From the NCBI GenBank assembly GCA_051652765.1, contig JBOFUV010000096.1:1-13361 (forward strand): DNA of 13,361 nt, written 5' to 3'. The DNA is from Microcoleaceae cyanobacterium. Its GTDB lineage: Bacteria; Cyanobacteriota; Cyanobacteriia; Cyanobacteriales; Microcoleaceae. The stretch's first letter is position 1. Each line of letters opens with the position of its first letter. Positions 1 through 7,869 of this stretch are shown piece by piece. The notes beneath the pieces were generated by a model, which saw only the letters and a program-made list of their open reading frames with translations, had not been told where the DNA came from and did no database searches. The position numbers and the translations under genes are program-made.

Positions 1-133
1 GAATATTGTTCGTTTAGTCCATTGGTTACATGGAGTTCCTTTTTCCGCCACACGATGTTCTCATTTCGCTTCCCTTGCTCCCACAACTTTACTCCTGTAA
101 ACCAAGATTAAGTTCGCCAGCAGTATCAACCTT

Positions 134-245
134 GGGGGACTTTGAGAAAGGGGACTTTGAGAAATCCGGCTCCCCCAGAATTGGGGGCCGGGGGGCTCTT
201 GATTAGGCCCCTTGCCATGGGGGACAGCGATCGCCGGGGGTTGGG
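134..245. repeat. GC-rich intergenic repeat element: 15-bp tandem duplication, CCCCC/GGGGG stem-loop and G-runs
   Basis: GGGGACTTTGAGAAA at 135-149 and 150-164; hairpin CCGGCTCCCCCA-GAAT-TGGGGGCCGG at 166-191; further G-runs to 245 and a HIP1 site at 227-234. Resembles dispersed GGGGGACTTTGA...CCCCCAGAATTGGGGG repeats of filamentous cyanobacteria (recollection, not searched). Confidence 0.7.
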
Positions 246-369
246 TAAAGGTAAAAGCTTTATGTTCAAATTAATTGATTCCACCTACTGAATTGAAGTC
301 ATTGAATCTATGATCTTGAGTAACTATGTCCCCCTGATGCGTTGGTTGAAGCGCATTAAGATCAAGCCG

Positions 370-1668
370 ATGAAACGTTTGAAAGCTTTGCTGTCCGTTG
401 GGGCAGCGCTGTTAATTTTTTTCCTGGCTCACCTCCCCGTGTTTGGGGAGCAACAGGCCACAATTACTGTCGATTTTGCCGTGTCTCAACCCGGACTCTC
501 CTCCATGAGCGGCTTTTTGTATGGTATTGGCGATACAAAACCTCCCGACAACAAGTTAGCCCCTCTGCAATCCAAATTGTGGCGAACTTCTAGACTGAAC
601 CATTATCCCCGTGTACAAACCCTGGGGGGGGTCTTCCAACTGCTCCTGAGTGACACCTATGGATATGGGACAAAAAATCCCTGGCCCTACCAAGACTATG
701 CCAAGTGGGAAGCTCACGTTCGTCTGGTTGCCCAGCAGAACAAAGATAAACAACTGATTTGGGATGTGTGGAATGAACCAGATATCAAAGATCCGTTTTG
801 GAAAGGATCGAGATATCAACTGTTTGAAACCTACAAGCGAGCCTATCAAGTGCTCCGACAAGAACTTGGCCCCAACGCTTTGATTGGTGGCCCCAGTATT
901 GCCAAGTATGATCGGGGCTATCTCAAAGCTTTTCTAGACTATTGCCAGGAAAATAATCTGGAAGTCAACTTCCTCACCTGGCATGAACTGAATGACCAAG
1001 AAATTACAGCGATCGCTTCCCATATCCAAGAGGCCAGACAGCAATTTCAGAAAAACCCGGCCTATCAAAGTTTAAAAATTCAGAAACTTTATACCAACGA
1101 GATTATTGGGCCAACGGCTCAGTATCGACCGGCTGAAAATTTGGGATATTTGTACTACACCGAACAAGGGAAATCAGATGGATCGTGCAAAGCCTGTTGG
1201 GAGCCTTTGGCGGGGGGAAAACCCAACAACTGCTTTAACGATAGTTTGGATGGTTTGCTCACCCCTGAAACCTCTGAACCTAGGGCTGTGTGGTGGGTTT
1301 ATCAAGCCTATACAGATGGGTTTGGGACAAGGGTACAGAGTCAGTTGAGTGCTCCCAGAGTTGTGGCTCTAGCCAGTAAATCCAACTCAGCCCAGCAAGC
1401 ACAGGTGCTATTTGGGTACTTTGAACAGGGGGTTTCTGCACCGAAAGTAAGTGTAACGTTGGTTTTGAAAAACTTGCAACAGCTCAGCGGATTTCAGCCT
1501 GGAAAACCCTTAACCCTAACGATCAAACAAATCCCTGACACCGGGGAAAAAGTAATTGGCAGCTTACCCGTTCTGAAGCAAGAGCAGATAACGGTAAGTA
1601 ACCAAGTGGTACGTCTGACTATTCCTAACGTGAAGCTGCATGAAGCATACGTACTAACCATTGGCTAG
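370..1668 (+). CDS. Secreted clan GH-A glycoside hydrolase, GH39-like (beta-xylosidase/PslG-like)
   Basis: WDVWNEPD (acid/base Glu), IGGPS, NFLTWH, YTNEI (candidate nucleophile Glu), and a beta-strand-rich C-terminal domain. ATG 370 gives a clean signal peptide (MKRLKALLSVGAALLIFFLAHLPVFG/EQ). The ORF is open from 310, with an alternative ATG at 337. Confidence 0.75.
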   Translation: MKRLKALLSVGAALLIFFLAHLPVFGEQQATITVDFAVSQPGLSSMSGFLYGIGDTKPPDNKLAPLQSKLWRTSRLNHYPRVQTLGGVFQLLLSDTYGYGTKNPWPYQDYAKWEAHVRLVAQQNKDKQLIWDVWNEPDIKDPFWKGSRYQLFETYKRAYQVLRQELGPNALIGGPSIAKYDRGYLKAFLDYCQENNLEVNFLTWHELNDQEITAIASHIQEARQQFQKNPAYQSLKIQKLYTNEIIGPTAQYRPAENLGYLYYTEQGKSDGSCKACWEPLAGGKPNNCFNDSLDGLLTPETSEPRAVWWVYQAYTDGFGTRVQSQLSAPRVVALASKSNSAQQAQVLFGYFEQGVSAPKVSVTLVLKNLQQLSGFQPGKPLTLTIKQIPDTGEKVIGSLPVLKQEQITVSNQVVRLTIPNVKLHEAYVLTIG

Positions 1669-1699
1669 AAATTTGTCAAACTTGGTCTAGGTAAATGTA

Positions 1700-1732
1700 T
1701 GGGCTGGCTTGGATCTGCTGAGACTCAGCCCA
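1700..1732. terminator. Possible stem-loop between the convergent hydrolase gene and rpmB
   Basis: TGGGCTG (1700-1706) pairs with CAGCCCA (1726-1732), with imperfect inner pairing and no clear U-tract. Confidence 0.3.
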
Positions 1733-1796
1733 CTCAAACCAATACCCTTAAAAAACTTGTTTAGACAAACTCCTCGCAAGATCAATTACAACTTCC

Positions 1797-1831
1797 TAGA
1801 CTAAAACCTTCAGACTAAAGCTTTTAGTCTA
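1797..1831 (-). terminator. Inverted repeat starting at the rpmB stop codon (3' stem-loop)
   Basis: TAGACTAAAA (1797-1806) and TTTTAGTCTA (1822-1831) form a perfect 10-bp inverted repeat; a second AGACTAAA copy lies at 1812-1819. Confidence 0.4.
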
Positions 1832-2065
1832 AAACTTGTTGAGGTTAATGCCAGCTTCTTTTGCCATTGCTTGTAGTCCTTTCGTTTCCAGGGTTTTAAT
1901 CGCCTTTGTCGATAGCTTGAGCCGAACCCAACGCTTGCCCTGAAGCCACCAGACGCGCTTCCACTGCAAGTTGGGTTGCTGTAACTTGTGAGTCCGACGG
2001 TGAGAGTGAGACACCGCCATCGCATTATTGGCTTTTTTTCCTGTAAGCTGACATCTGCGAGACAT
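1829..2065 (-). CDS. rpmB: 50S ribosomal protein L28
   Basis: 78 aa, basic; [10 protein letters not shown]...VSHSHRRT...PNLQWKRVW...[11 protein letters not shown] is the cyanobacterial L28 pattern. GGAG lies 7 nt upstream of the ATG. Confidence 0.98.
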   Translation of the reverse strand: MSRRCQLTGKKANNAMAVSHSHRRTHKLQQPNLQWKRVWWLQGKRWVRLKLSTKAIKTLETKGLQAMAKEAGINLNKF

Positions 2066-2174
2066 AACCTTGCTCCAATCTATTTTTGACCCAAACGTTT
2101 ATTGTATAGTATTTTTGGCCGCATCCGGTAGGTCTGGATCGGTTTATCTAGCAATTCATTAGTTTTATCGATTC

Positions 2175-3641
2175 ATGAATTCTATGCAAGTTCATACCCC
2201 TGACTGGGTTAAACACGCTGTATTCTATCAAATCTTTCCCGATCGATTTGCCCGGAGCCAAACGCAGTTAAATCCTGACCTGAGTTCCTTGCCTTGGGAA
2301 CCCTGGGACGCACCCCCAACTCCCCAAGGGTACAAAGGTGGCGATCTTTGGGGGGTGATTGAACATCTAGATTACTTGCAGGATTTGGGGATTAGTGCGA
2401 TTTACTTTACGCCGATCTTTCAGTCTGCGTGCAACCATCGTTATCATACCCACGATTACTATCAAGTTGACCCAATTCTGGGGGGGAATGCCGCCCTAGA
2501 ACAGTTGTTGAACGCAGCCCATCAACGAAAGATCAAGGTTGTGCTGGATGGGGTGTTCAACCATGCCAGTCGCGGGTTTTATCCATTCAACGATATTTTG
2601 GAAAATGGCCCCTATTCTCCCTGGATCAACTGGTTCAAGGTTTTAGATTGGCCTCTTTCTGCCTACGATGGCGACAAACCTGCAAACTACGGGAGTTGGG
2701 CAAACAACCGGGCGCTGCCAGAATTTAATCACGACAATCCGGCGGTGCGGGAATACATTATGAAAATCGCCGAATACTGGGTGCAGTTTGGGATTGATGG
2801 TTGGCGGTTGGACGTGCCGTTTGAGATCAAAGCTCCTGGATTTTGGCAAGAGTTTCGGCAACGGGTAAAAGCGATTAACCCGGAGGCTTATATTGTGGGA
2901 GAAGTGTGGATAGATTCGCGCCAATGGCTAGATGGAACACAGTTTGATGGGGTGATGAATTATCTGTTCACCGGGCCAACGATTGCGTTCGTCGGAGGCG
3001 ATCGCGTTCGCATGGAACTGGTGGAAACCCCGTCCTACTTTCCCTATCCGCCCTTATCTGCTGCAGGATATGGACAAAAGATTCAAGAACTGCTCGACCT
3101 TTATCCCTGGGAGATTCAGCTCACCCAACTCAATTTGCTCGATAGTCACGATACGGCTCGATTGCTATCAGTTGTGAATGGCGACAAAGCCAGTGTGGAG
3201 CTGGCAACCGTGCTGTTATTTACGTTTCCGGGAGCACCCAGTATTTACTATGGGGACGAGGTGAGTTTAGCAGGAGCGCTTGATCCCGATTGTCGGCGTA
3301 GTTTTCCGAGTTCTGAATCCTGGGATCAAGCTGTCCTGAATTACCACAAACAACTGATCAAAATTCGGCAGCAGTATCCAGCGTTACGAACGGGTTCCTA
3401 TCAGGTTTTACACGCAGAGGGACAGGTTTATGTGTTTGCCCGTGTACTCGATTCCGAGGTCGTTCTGGTTGCCATCAATAGTGGCATAGAATCTGCCCAA
3501 GTAACAGTTCAGACTGAAGGGTTAAAAGCTCAGCCTCAAAATCTGCTCTACGGGGATTGTGAATTCTCTTGGAGTTCTGATTTTGCCCAAGTTCAGTTGA
3601 CTCTTGCGGCTCGGCAAGGCTGTATTTTGGCTGAGAGTTAG
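2175..3641 (+). CDS. nplT: GH13 neopullulanase/cyclomaltodextrinase-type alpha-glucan hydrolase, lacking the N-terminal N/CBM34 domain
   Basis: TPDWVKHAVFYQIFPDRF, GGDLWG, NHRYHTHDY, DGVFNH, LPEFN, GWRLDV (nucleophile Asp), GEVW (acid/base Glu), LDSHD, GAPSIYYGDE, DPDCR. No signal peptide. Alternative ATG at 2184. Confidence 0.9.
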   Translation: MNSMQVHTPDWVKHAVFYQIFPDRFARSQTQLNPDLSSLPWEPWDAPPTPQGYKGGDLWGVIEHLDYLQDLGISAIYFTPIFQSACNHRYHTHDYYQVDPILGGNAALEQLLNAAHQRKIKVVLDGVFNHASRGFYPFNDILENGPYSPWINWFKVLDWPLSAYDGDKPANYGSWANNRALPEFNHDNPAVREYIMKIAEYWVQFGIDGWRLDVPFEIKAPGFWQEFRQRVKAINPEAYIVGEVWIDSRQWLDGTQFDGVMNYLFTGPTIAFVGGDRVRMELVETPSYFPYPPLSAAGYGQKIQELLDLYPWEIQLTQLNLLDSHDTARLLSVVNGDKASVELATVLLFTFPGAPSIYYGDEVSLAGALDPDCRRSFPSSESWDQAVLNYHKQLIKIRQQYPALRTGSYQVLHAEGQVYVFARVLDSEVVLVAINSGIESAQVTVQTEGLKAQPQNLLYGDCEFSWSSDFAQVQLTLAARQGCILAES

Positions 3642-3656
3642 GGTTCAACTCGGCCA
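3628..3656 (+). terminator. Stem-loop overlapping the nplT stop codon
   Basis: TGGCTGA(GA)GTT pairs with AACTCGGCCA (one G:U pair, one bulge); no U-tract, so weak as an intrinsic terminator. Confidence 0.3.
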
Positions 3657-3666
3657 CTTCTAGCAG

Positions 3667-3731
3667 TTAGCTGAACTTAGCTTAAATTAGCTTAAAGTTT
3701 AGCCCCTTTTCTCCAAAAGTCTCCTTAAGAT
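3667..3731 (+). promoter_or_regulatory. Putative fbp-operon promoter: three 10-bp direct repeats and a -10-like hexamer
   Basis: TTAGCTGAAC TTAGCTTAAA TTAGCTTAAA at 3667-3696; TAAGAT at 3726-3731. The repeats are certain, but their function is inferred. Confidence 0.4.
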
Positions 3732-3789
3732 AGAAGGCACAGCGAGTCAGTCTCATTCAGGCTAGAAATTTCATAGCTGAACGCTCACA

Positions 3790-4878
3790 ATGACCTCAAA
3801 CAGGGAACAAATCATGGCACAAGCGCAAGCCGAGCAAATCTCTCCTGAATTTCTGGATCAGGGCCAATACCTTGACCGAGACTGTACAACCCTGTCCCGT
3901 CATGTTCTGCAACAGTTAAAGAGTTTCTCCCCCGATGCTCAGGATATTAGTGCGTTGATGAGTCGGATTGGACTGGCGGGCAAATTGATCGCTCGACAGC
4001 TCAGTCAAGCCGGAATAGTCGATGATGCCTTGGGATTTACAGGTACTGTCAATGTTCAGGGCGAGGCTGTCAAGAAAATGGACTTGTACTCCAATGCGGT
4101 GTTCATCTCTGTTTTCAAGCAAAGTGGGTTGGTTTGCCGCCTTGCCTCCGAAGAAATGGAGAAGCCTTACTACATCCCAGAGAATTGCCCGGTTGGTCGC
4201 TACACCCTGCTCTACGATCCGTTAGATGGTTCCTCCAATCTGGATACAAACCTCAACGTCGGGTCAATTTTTGCCATTCGCCAACAGGAAGGGGTTGATG
4301 AAGACGGTTCGGCCCCTGATCTGCTTCAGAACGGCCACAAGCAACTGGCGGCTGGATATATTCTCTATGGCCCCAGCACAGTGCTGGTCTATTCCATTGG
4401 CAAAGGTGTTCATAGTTTTACCCTCGATCCAACGATTGGGGAATTTATTCTGGCTGATGAAAATATCAAAGTTCCGGATCAGGGTTCCGTCTACAGTGTG
4501 AACGAAGGGAACTTCTGGCAGTGGGAGGACTCGATTCGGGATTACATTCGTTATGTACATCGTCATGAAGGCTACAGTGCCCGCTACAGTGGTGCATTGG
4601 TGGGGGATATTCACCGAATTTTGTATCAAGGCGGTGTGTTTCTCTATCCGGGAACGGTGAAAAAGCCGGAAGGAAAATTGCGGCTGTTATACGAATCTGC
4701 CCCCATGGCATTCTTGATGGAACAGGCTGGGGGAAGGGCCTCTACCGGAACTCAAGCGATTATGGATGTAGTTCCTGAAAAAATCCACCAACGCACTCCG
4801 CTGATCATTGGAAGTAAAGAAGATGTTGCTTTAGTTGAATCATTCATTCAAGATCGAGAACGGCGAGAAAAGGAGTAG
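3790..4878 (+). CDS. fbp: Class 1 fructose-1,6-bisphosphatase
   Basis: [68 protein letters not shown]. Alternative ATG at 3814. Confidence 0.97.
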   Translation: MTSNREQIMAQAQAEQISPEFLDQGQYLDRDCTTLSRHVLQQLKSFSPDAQDISALMSRIGLAGKLIARQLSQAGIVDDALGFTGTVNVQGEAVKKMDLYSNAVFISVFKQSGLVCRLASEEMEKPYYIPENCPVGRYTLLYDPLDGSSNLDTNLNVGSIFAIRQQEGVDEDGSAPDLLQNGHKQLAAGYILYGPSTVLVYSIGKGVHSFTLDPTIGEFILADENIKVPDQGSVYSVNEGNFWQWEDSIRDYIRYVHRHEGYSARYSGALVGDIHRILYQGGVFLYPGTVKKPEGKLRLLYESAPMAFLMEQAGGRASTGTQAIMDVVPEKIHQRTPLIIGSKEDVALVESFIQDRERREKE

Positions 4879-4917
4879 AAGTTCGGGGTTGAACCGGGAG
4901 AATTAACTCCAAACTTC
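4878..4917 (+). other. Intercistronic stem-loop between fbp and tal
   Basis: GAAGTTCGGGGTTGA (4878-4892) pairs with TTAACTCCAAACTTC (4903-4917), with one mismatch and G:U pairs; no U-tract. Confidence 0.5.
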
Positions 4918-4969
4918 GAGTGTTAAATTGTTAAATCTCAAGCTTGTAAACTTTACAGGAGTCGAGACA

Positions 4970-6118
4970 ATGACTACAAATCACTTAATTAAAATTGGAA
5001 CCCTGGGTCAAAGTATTTGGATGGACAACTTGAGTCGGGATCTAATCGCATCCGGCGAACTCAAGCAACTGGTTACAGAAAAGGGGATTCAGGGAATTAC
5101 TTCTAATCCAGCCATCTTTGAAAAAGCCATCAAAGGGAATAAAATCTATGATGCTGATATTGAAAAAGGCATTGCCGCCGGAAAATCCGTCCTGGAAATT
5201 TATGAATCTCTCGTGTTTTCTGATATCCAAAATGCCTGTGATATTTTCAAGCCTGTGTATGACAAAACCAATGGCTTAGATGGTTATATTAGCATCGAAG
5301 TTCCCCCGACAATCGCTCAGGATACTGACAGCACGATTAACGAAGCTTTGCGATATTACAAGGCGATTAATCGGGAAAATGTAATGATTAAAATTCCTGG
5401 AACACCAGCAGGGTTGCCTGCCGTAGAGCGGGTGATTGCTGAAGGGATTAACGTCAATGTGACCTTACTGTTTTCGATCCAAAGCTACATTGATACGGCT
5501 TGGGCCTATATCAAGGGGCTAGAAGCTCGGGCGGCTCAAGGAGAGCAGATTAACCAGATTGCTTCTGTTGCGAGTTTTTTCCTGAGTCGGATTGACTCCA
5601 ACATCGATGGTTCAATCGATGCCAAGCTTTCAGAGGTGACTGACCCGAACCTACGAGCAAAACTGGAAGCGGTAAAGGGCAAAGTTGCCATTGCTAACGC
5701 TAAAGTTGCGTATCAAGAATACAAAAAAATCATTGCAACGGATCGTTGGCAAGCACTTGTGACTCAAGGCGCAACGGTGCAACGGTTACTCTGGGCCAGC
5801 ACCAGCACCAAAAATCCTGCTTACAGCGATGTGATGTATGTGGATGAACTGATTGGGCCAAACACTGTGAACACTCTGCCACCCCAAACCATTGAAGCTT
5901 GTTCAGATCACTGTAGCGTTGATAACCGTATTGAAACGGGAGTTGAGGCAGCATATCAACTCATTGAGAGTCTCAAAGACCCAGATATCGATATCAACTT
6001 GGATCAAGTCATGGATGAATTACTGGCAGACGGTATCGACAAATTTGTCAAGCCATTTACCTCTTTAATGAATTCTTTAGAGGAGAAAGTTCAACAATTG
6101 GCTTCCGTCGGTTCGTAA
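4970..6118 (+). CDS. tal: Transaldolase (long cyanobacterial/actinobacterial type)
   Basis: GQSIWMDNLSR, TSNPAIF, NVMIKIPGT (Schiff-base Lys), NVTLLFS, VASFFLSRID, RLLWASTSTKNP. Start moved from TTG 4928 to ATG 4970, which follows AGGAG at 4957-4961. Confidence 0.97.
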   Translation: MTTNHLIKIGTLGQSIWMDNLSRDLIASGELKQLVTEKGIQGITSNPAIFEKAIKGNKIYDADIEKGIAAGKSVLEIYESLVFSDIQNACDIFKPVYDKTNGLDGYISIEVPPTIAQDTDSTINEALRYYKAINRENVMIKIPGTPAGLPAVERVIAEGINVNVTLLFSIQSYIDTAWAYIKGLEARAAQGEQINQIASVASFFLSRIDSNIDGSIDAKLSEVTDPNLRAKLEAVKGKVAIANAKVAYQEYKKIIATDRWQALVTQGATVQRLLWASTSTKNPAYSDVMYVDELIGPNTVNTLPPQTIEACSDHCSVDNRIETGVEAAYQLIESLKDPDIDINLDQVMDELLADGIDKFVKPFTSLMNSLEEKVQQLASVGS

Positions 6119-6127
6119 ATGTTTTAT

Positions 6128-6155
6128 AGTGGCGCATAGCTGTGCGTCACTTTTT
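6128..6155 (+). terminator. Intrinsic-terminator-like hairpin between tal and zwf
   Basis: AGTGGCGCAT-AGCT-GTGCGTCACT, a 10-bp stem with two G:U pairs, running into TTTTT at 6151-6155. Confidence 0.65.
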
Positions 6156-6190
6156 CTAATCTAAACCCTATTGAAACTCAGGAACTTTAA

Positions 6191-7720
6191 ATGGTTGCCA
6201 TATTAGAAAATCCCCTAAGAGTAGGACTACAACAGGATCGTGTTCCTGACCCCCAGATTCTGGTGATCTTTGGGGCATCCGGGGACTTGACTCAACGCAA
6301 ACTCGTTCCTGCCTTGTATCAAATGAGATTGGAGCGGAAACTGCCCCCAGAAATTACCATCGTAGGGGTAGCACGACGGGAGTGGGAACATGACTATTTC
6401 CGGGAACAGATGCGGATTGGAGTCGAGGAATACGGCGGCGGTCTCCAGTCAGAAGAAGCCTGGAAGGAGTTTGCTCAAGGACTGTTCTACTGTTCTGGCA
6501 ATACGGATCAGACCGAAAGCTATCAAAAGCTCAAAGCATTTCTAGGAGAACTGGATGATTTGCGCGGAACTCGAGGAAATCGCGTTTTTTATCTCTCCGT
6601 CTCCCCAAGCTTGTTTGGCGAAGCCATCCAACAACTGGGTGAAGTGGGCATGTTAAGCGATCCCAGCAAACATCGCTTGGTGATTGAAAAGCCCTTTGGT
6701 CGGGACTTGAGTTCGGCGCAAGTCTTAAACCAAATCGTTCGTAAGGTCTGCGCCGAAAATCAGGTTTACCGAATTGATCATTACCTCGGCAAAGAAACCG
6801 TTCAGAATCTGATGGTATTCCGGTTTGCCAACGCGATTTTCGAGCCCCTTTGGAACCGCCAGTTTGTCGATCACGTTCAGATTACCGTAGCAGAAACCGT
6901 TGGACTCGAAGGACGGGCGGGCTATTATGAAACCTCTGGGGCCCTGCGGGACATGGTTCAAAACCACCTGATGCAACTCTTCTGCCTCACCGCGATGGAG
7001 CCCCCCAATTCCCTGGATGCCGATGCCATCCGTACTGAAAAAGTAAAAGCCGTACAAGCCAGTCGCCTAGCCGACACCACCAATCTAGAACTGTCAGCAG
7101 TACGAGGACAATACACTGCTGGCTGGATGAAAGGAAAGCCTGTCCCTGGATATCGGGAAGAAGAAGGAGCTAGCCCTGACTCTATCACTCCGACCTATGC
7201 AGCCCTGAAGCTCTACGTTGATAACTGGCGCTGGAAAGGCGTACCGTTTTACCTGAGAACTGGTAAGCGGATGCCCAAAAAAGTCTCGGAAATTGCGATT
7301 CAGTTCAAAGAAGTGCCTTTCCTCATGTTCCAGTCTGCCAGCAAACAGGTAAACCCCAATGTTCTGGCCCTCCGGATTCAACCAAATGAAGGCGTATCCA
7401 TGCGATTTGAGGTCAAAACCCCTGGATCATCCCTGAGAAGCCGATCCGTAGACATGGATTTTCGCTATGATGCTGCCTTTGGTAAACCCAGTACCGATGC
7501 CTATGCCCGCCTGTTGATTGACTGTATGTTGGGAGATCAAACCCTGTTTACCCGTGACGATGAAGTTGAGTCGTCTTGGAAGGTCGTCACCCCAATTTTA
7601 GAAGTCTGGGATGCTCCCGCTCCCCCAGAAGTTATTCCCCTCTACGAGGCCGGAACCTGGGAACCCGTAGAGGCTGAATTGCTCCTCAATCGAGATGGCC
7701 GTCGCTGGCGAAGATTGTAA
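6191..7720 (+). CDS. zwf: Glucose-6-phosphate 1-dehydrogenase
   Basis: [11 protein letters not shown] (NADP binding), [41 protein letters not shown] at 6180-6183; 509 aa. Confidence 0.99.
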   Translation: MVAILENPLRVGLQQDRVPDPQILVIFGASGDLTQRKLVPALYQMRLERKLPPEITIVGVARREWEHDYFREQMRIGVEEYGGGLQSEEAWKEFAQGLFYCSGNTDQTESYQKLKAFLGELDDLRGTRGNRVFYLSVSPSLFGEAIQQLGEVGMLSDPSKHRLVIEKPFGRDLSSAQVLNQIVRKVCAENQVYRIDHYLGKETVQNLMVFRFANAIFEPLWNRQFVDHVQITVAETVGLEGRAGYYETSGALRDMVQNHLMQLFCLTAMEPPNSLDADAIRTEKVKAVQASRLADTTNLELSAVRGQYTAGWMKGKPVPGYREEEGASPDSITPTYAALKLYVDNWRWKGVPFYLRTGKRMPKKVSEIAIQFKEVPFLMFQSASKQVNPNVLALRIQPNEGVSMRFEVKTPGSSLRSRSVDMDFRYDAAFGKPSTDAYARLLIDCMLGDQTLFTRDDEVESSWKVVTPILEVWDAPAPPEVIPLYEAGTWEPVEAELLLNRDGRRWRRL

Positions 7721-7749
7721 GAAAGATTGTCAGAAATTTGTTATGACCA

Positions 7750-7857
7750 TGGGTTGTGGGTGACTGGTCATTGGTTCTGAACCAACGGTACAGGCTCTAC
7801 TTCCTAACCTTACTTCCGACTCCCTTCCCAACTCTCACTCCCAATTCCTACTCCCCG
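7750..7857. repeat. Degenerate STRR-like heptamer tract in the zwf-opcA spacer
   Basis: Pyrimidine-rich, roughly 7-nt periodic tract (ACTTCCT...ACTTCCG ACTCCCT...ACTCCCA ATTCCTA CTCCCCG) at about 7799-7857, preceded by a G/T-rich tract (GGGTTGTGGGTGACTGGTCATTGG). Confidence 0.5.
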
Positions 7858-7869
7858 AAACTAACACCT

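Noticed and set aside
1..86. Minus-strand frame open to the left edge from a TTG preceded by AGGAG (LWEQGKRNENIVWRKKELHVTNGLNEQY)
   Set aside because: Only 28 codons are visible with no recognisable motif. It could be a gene start but cannot be supported from this window.
135..164. Tandem repeats here and at 12550-12590 as a possible CRISPR array
   Set aside because: The units are 14-15 bp, directly adjacent with no spacers, and no cas genes are present.
1829..2065. L28 as a zinc-independent paralogue under Zur control
   Set aside because: The single-Cys form is the ordinary cyanobacterial L28, and no zinc-related genes are adjacent.
1663..3771. Identical 12-mer GGCTAGAAATTT at 1663-1674 and 3760-3771, as a possible target-site duplication around rpmB-nplT
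   Set aside because: Several 12-mer matches are expected by chance in 13 kb, the enclosed genes are core genes, and no mobility genes are present.
4945..4957. TGTAAACTTTACA as an NtcA site
   Set aside because: The spacing is GTA-N5-TAC, not GTA-N8-TAC. It is kept only as an unassigned palindrome.
4928..4969. TTG start of tal given in the ORF track
   Set aside because: ATG 4970 has a well-spaced AGGAG and matches where transaldolase similarity begins.
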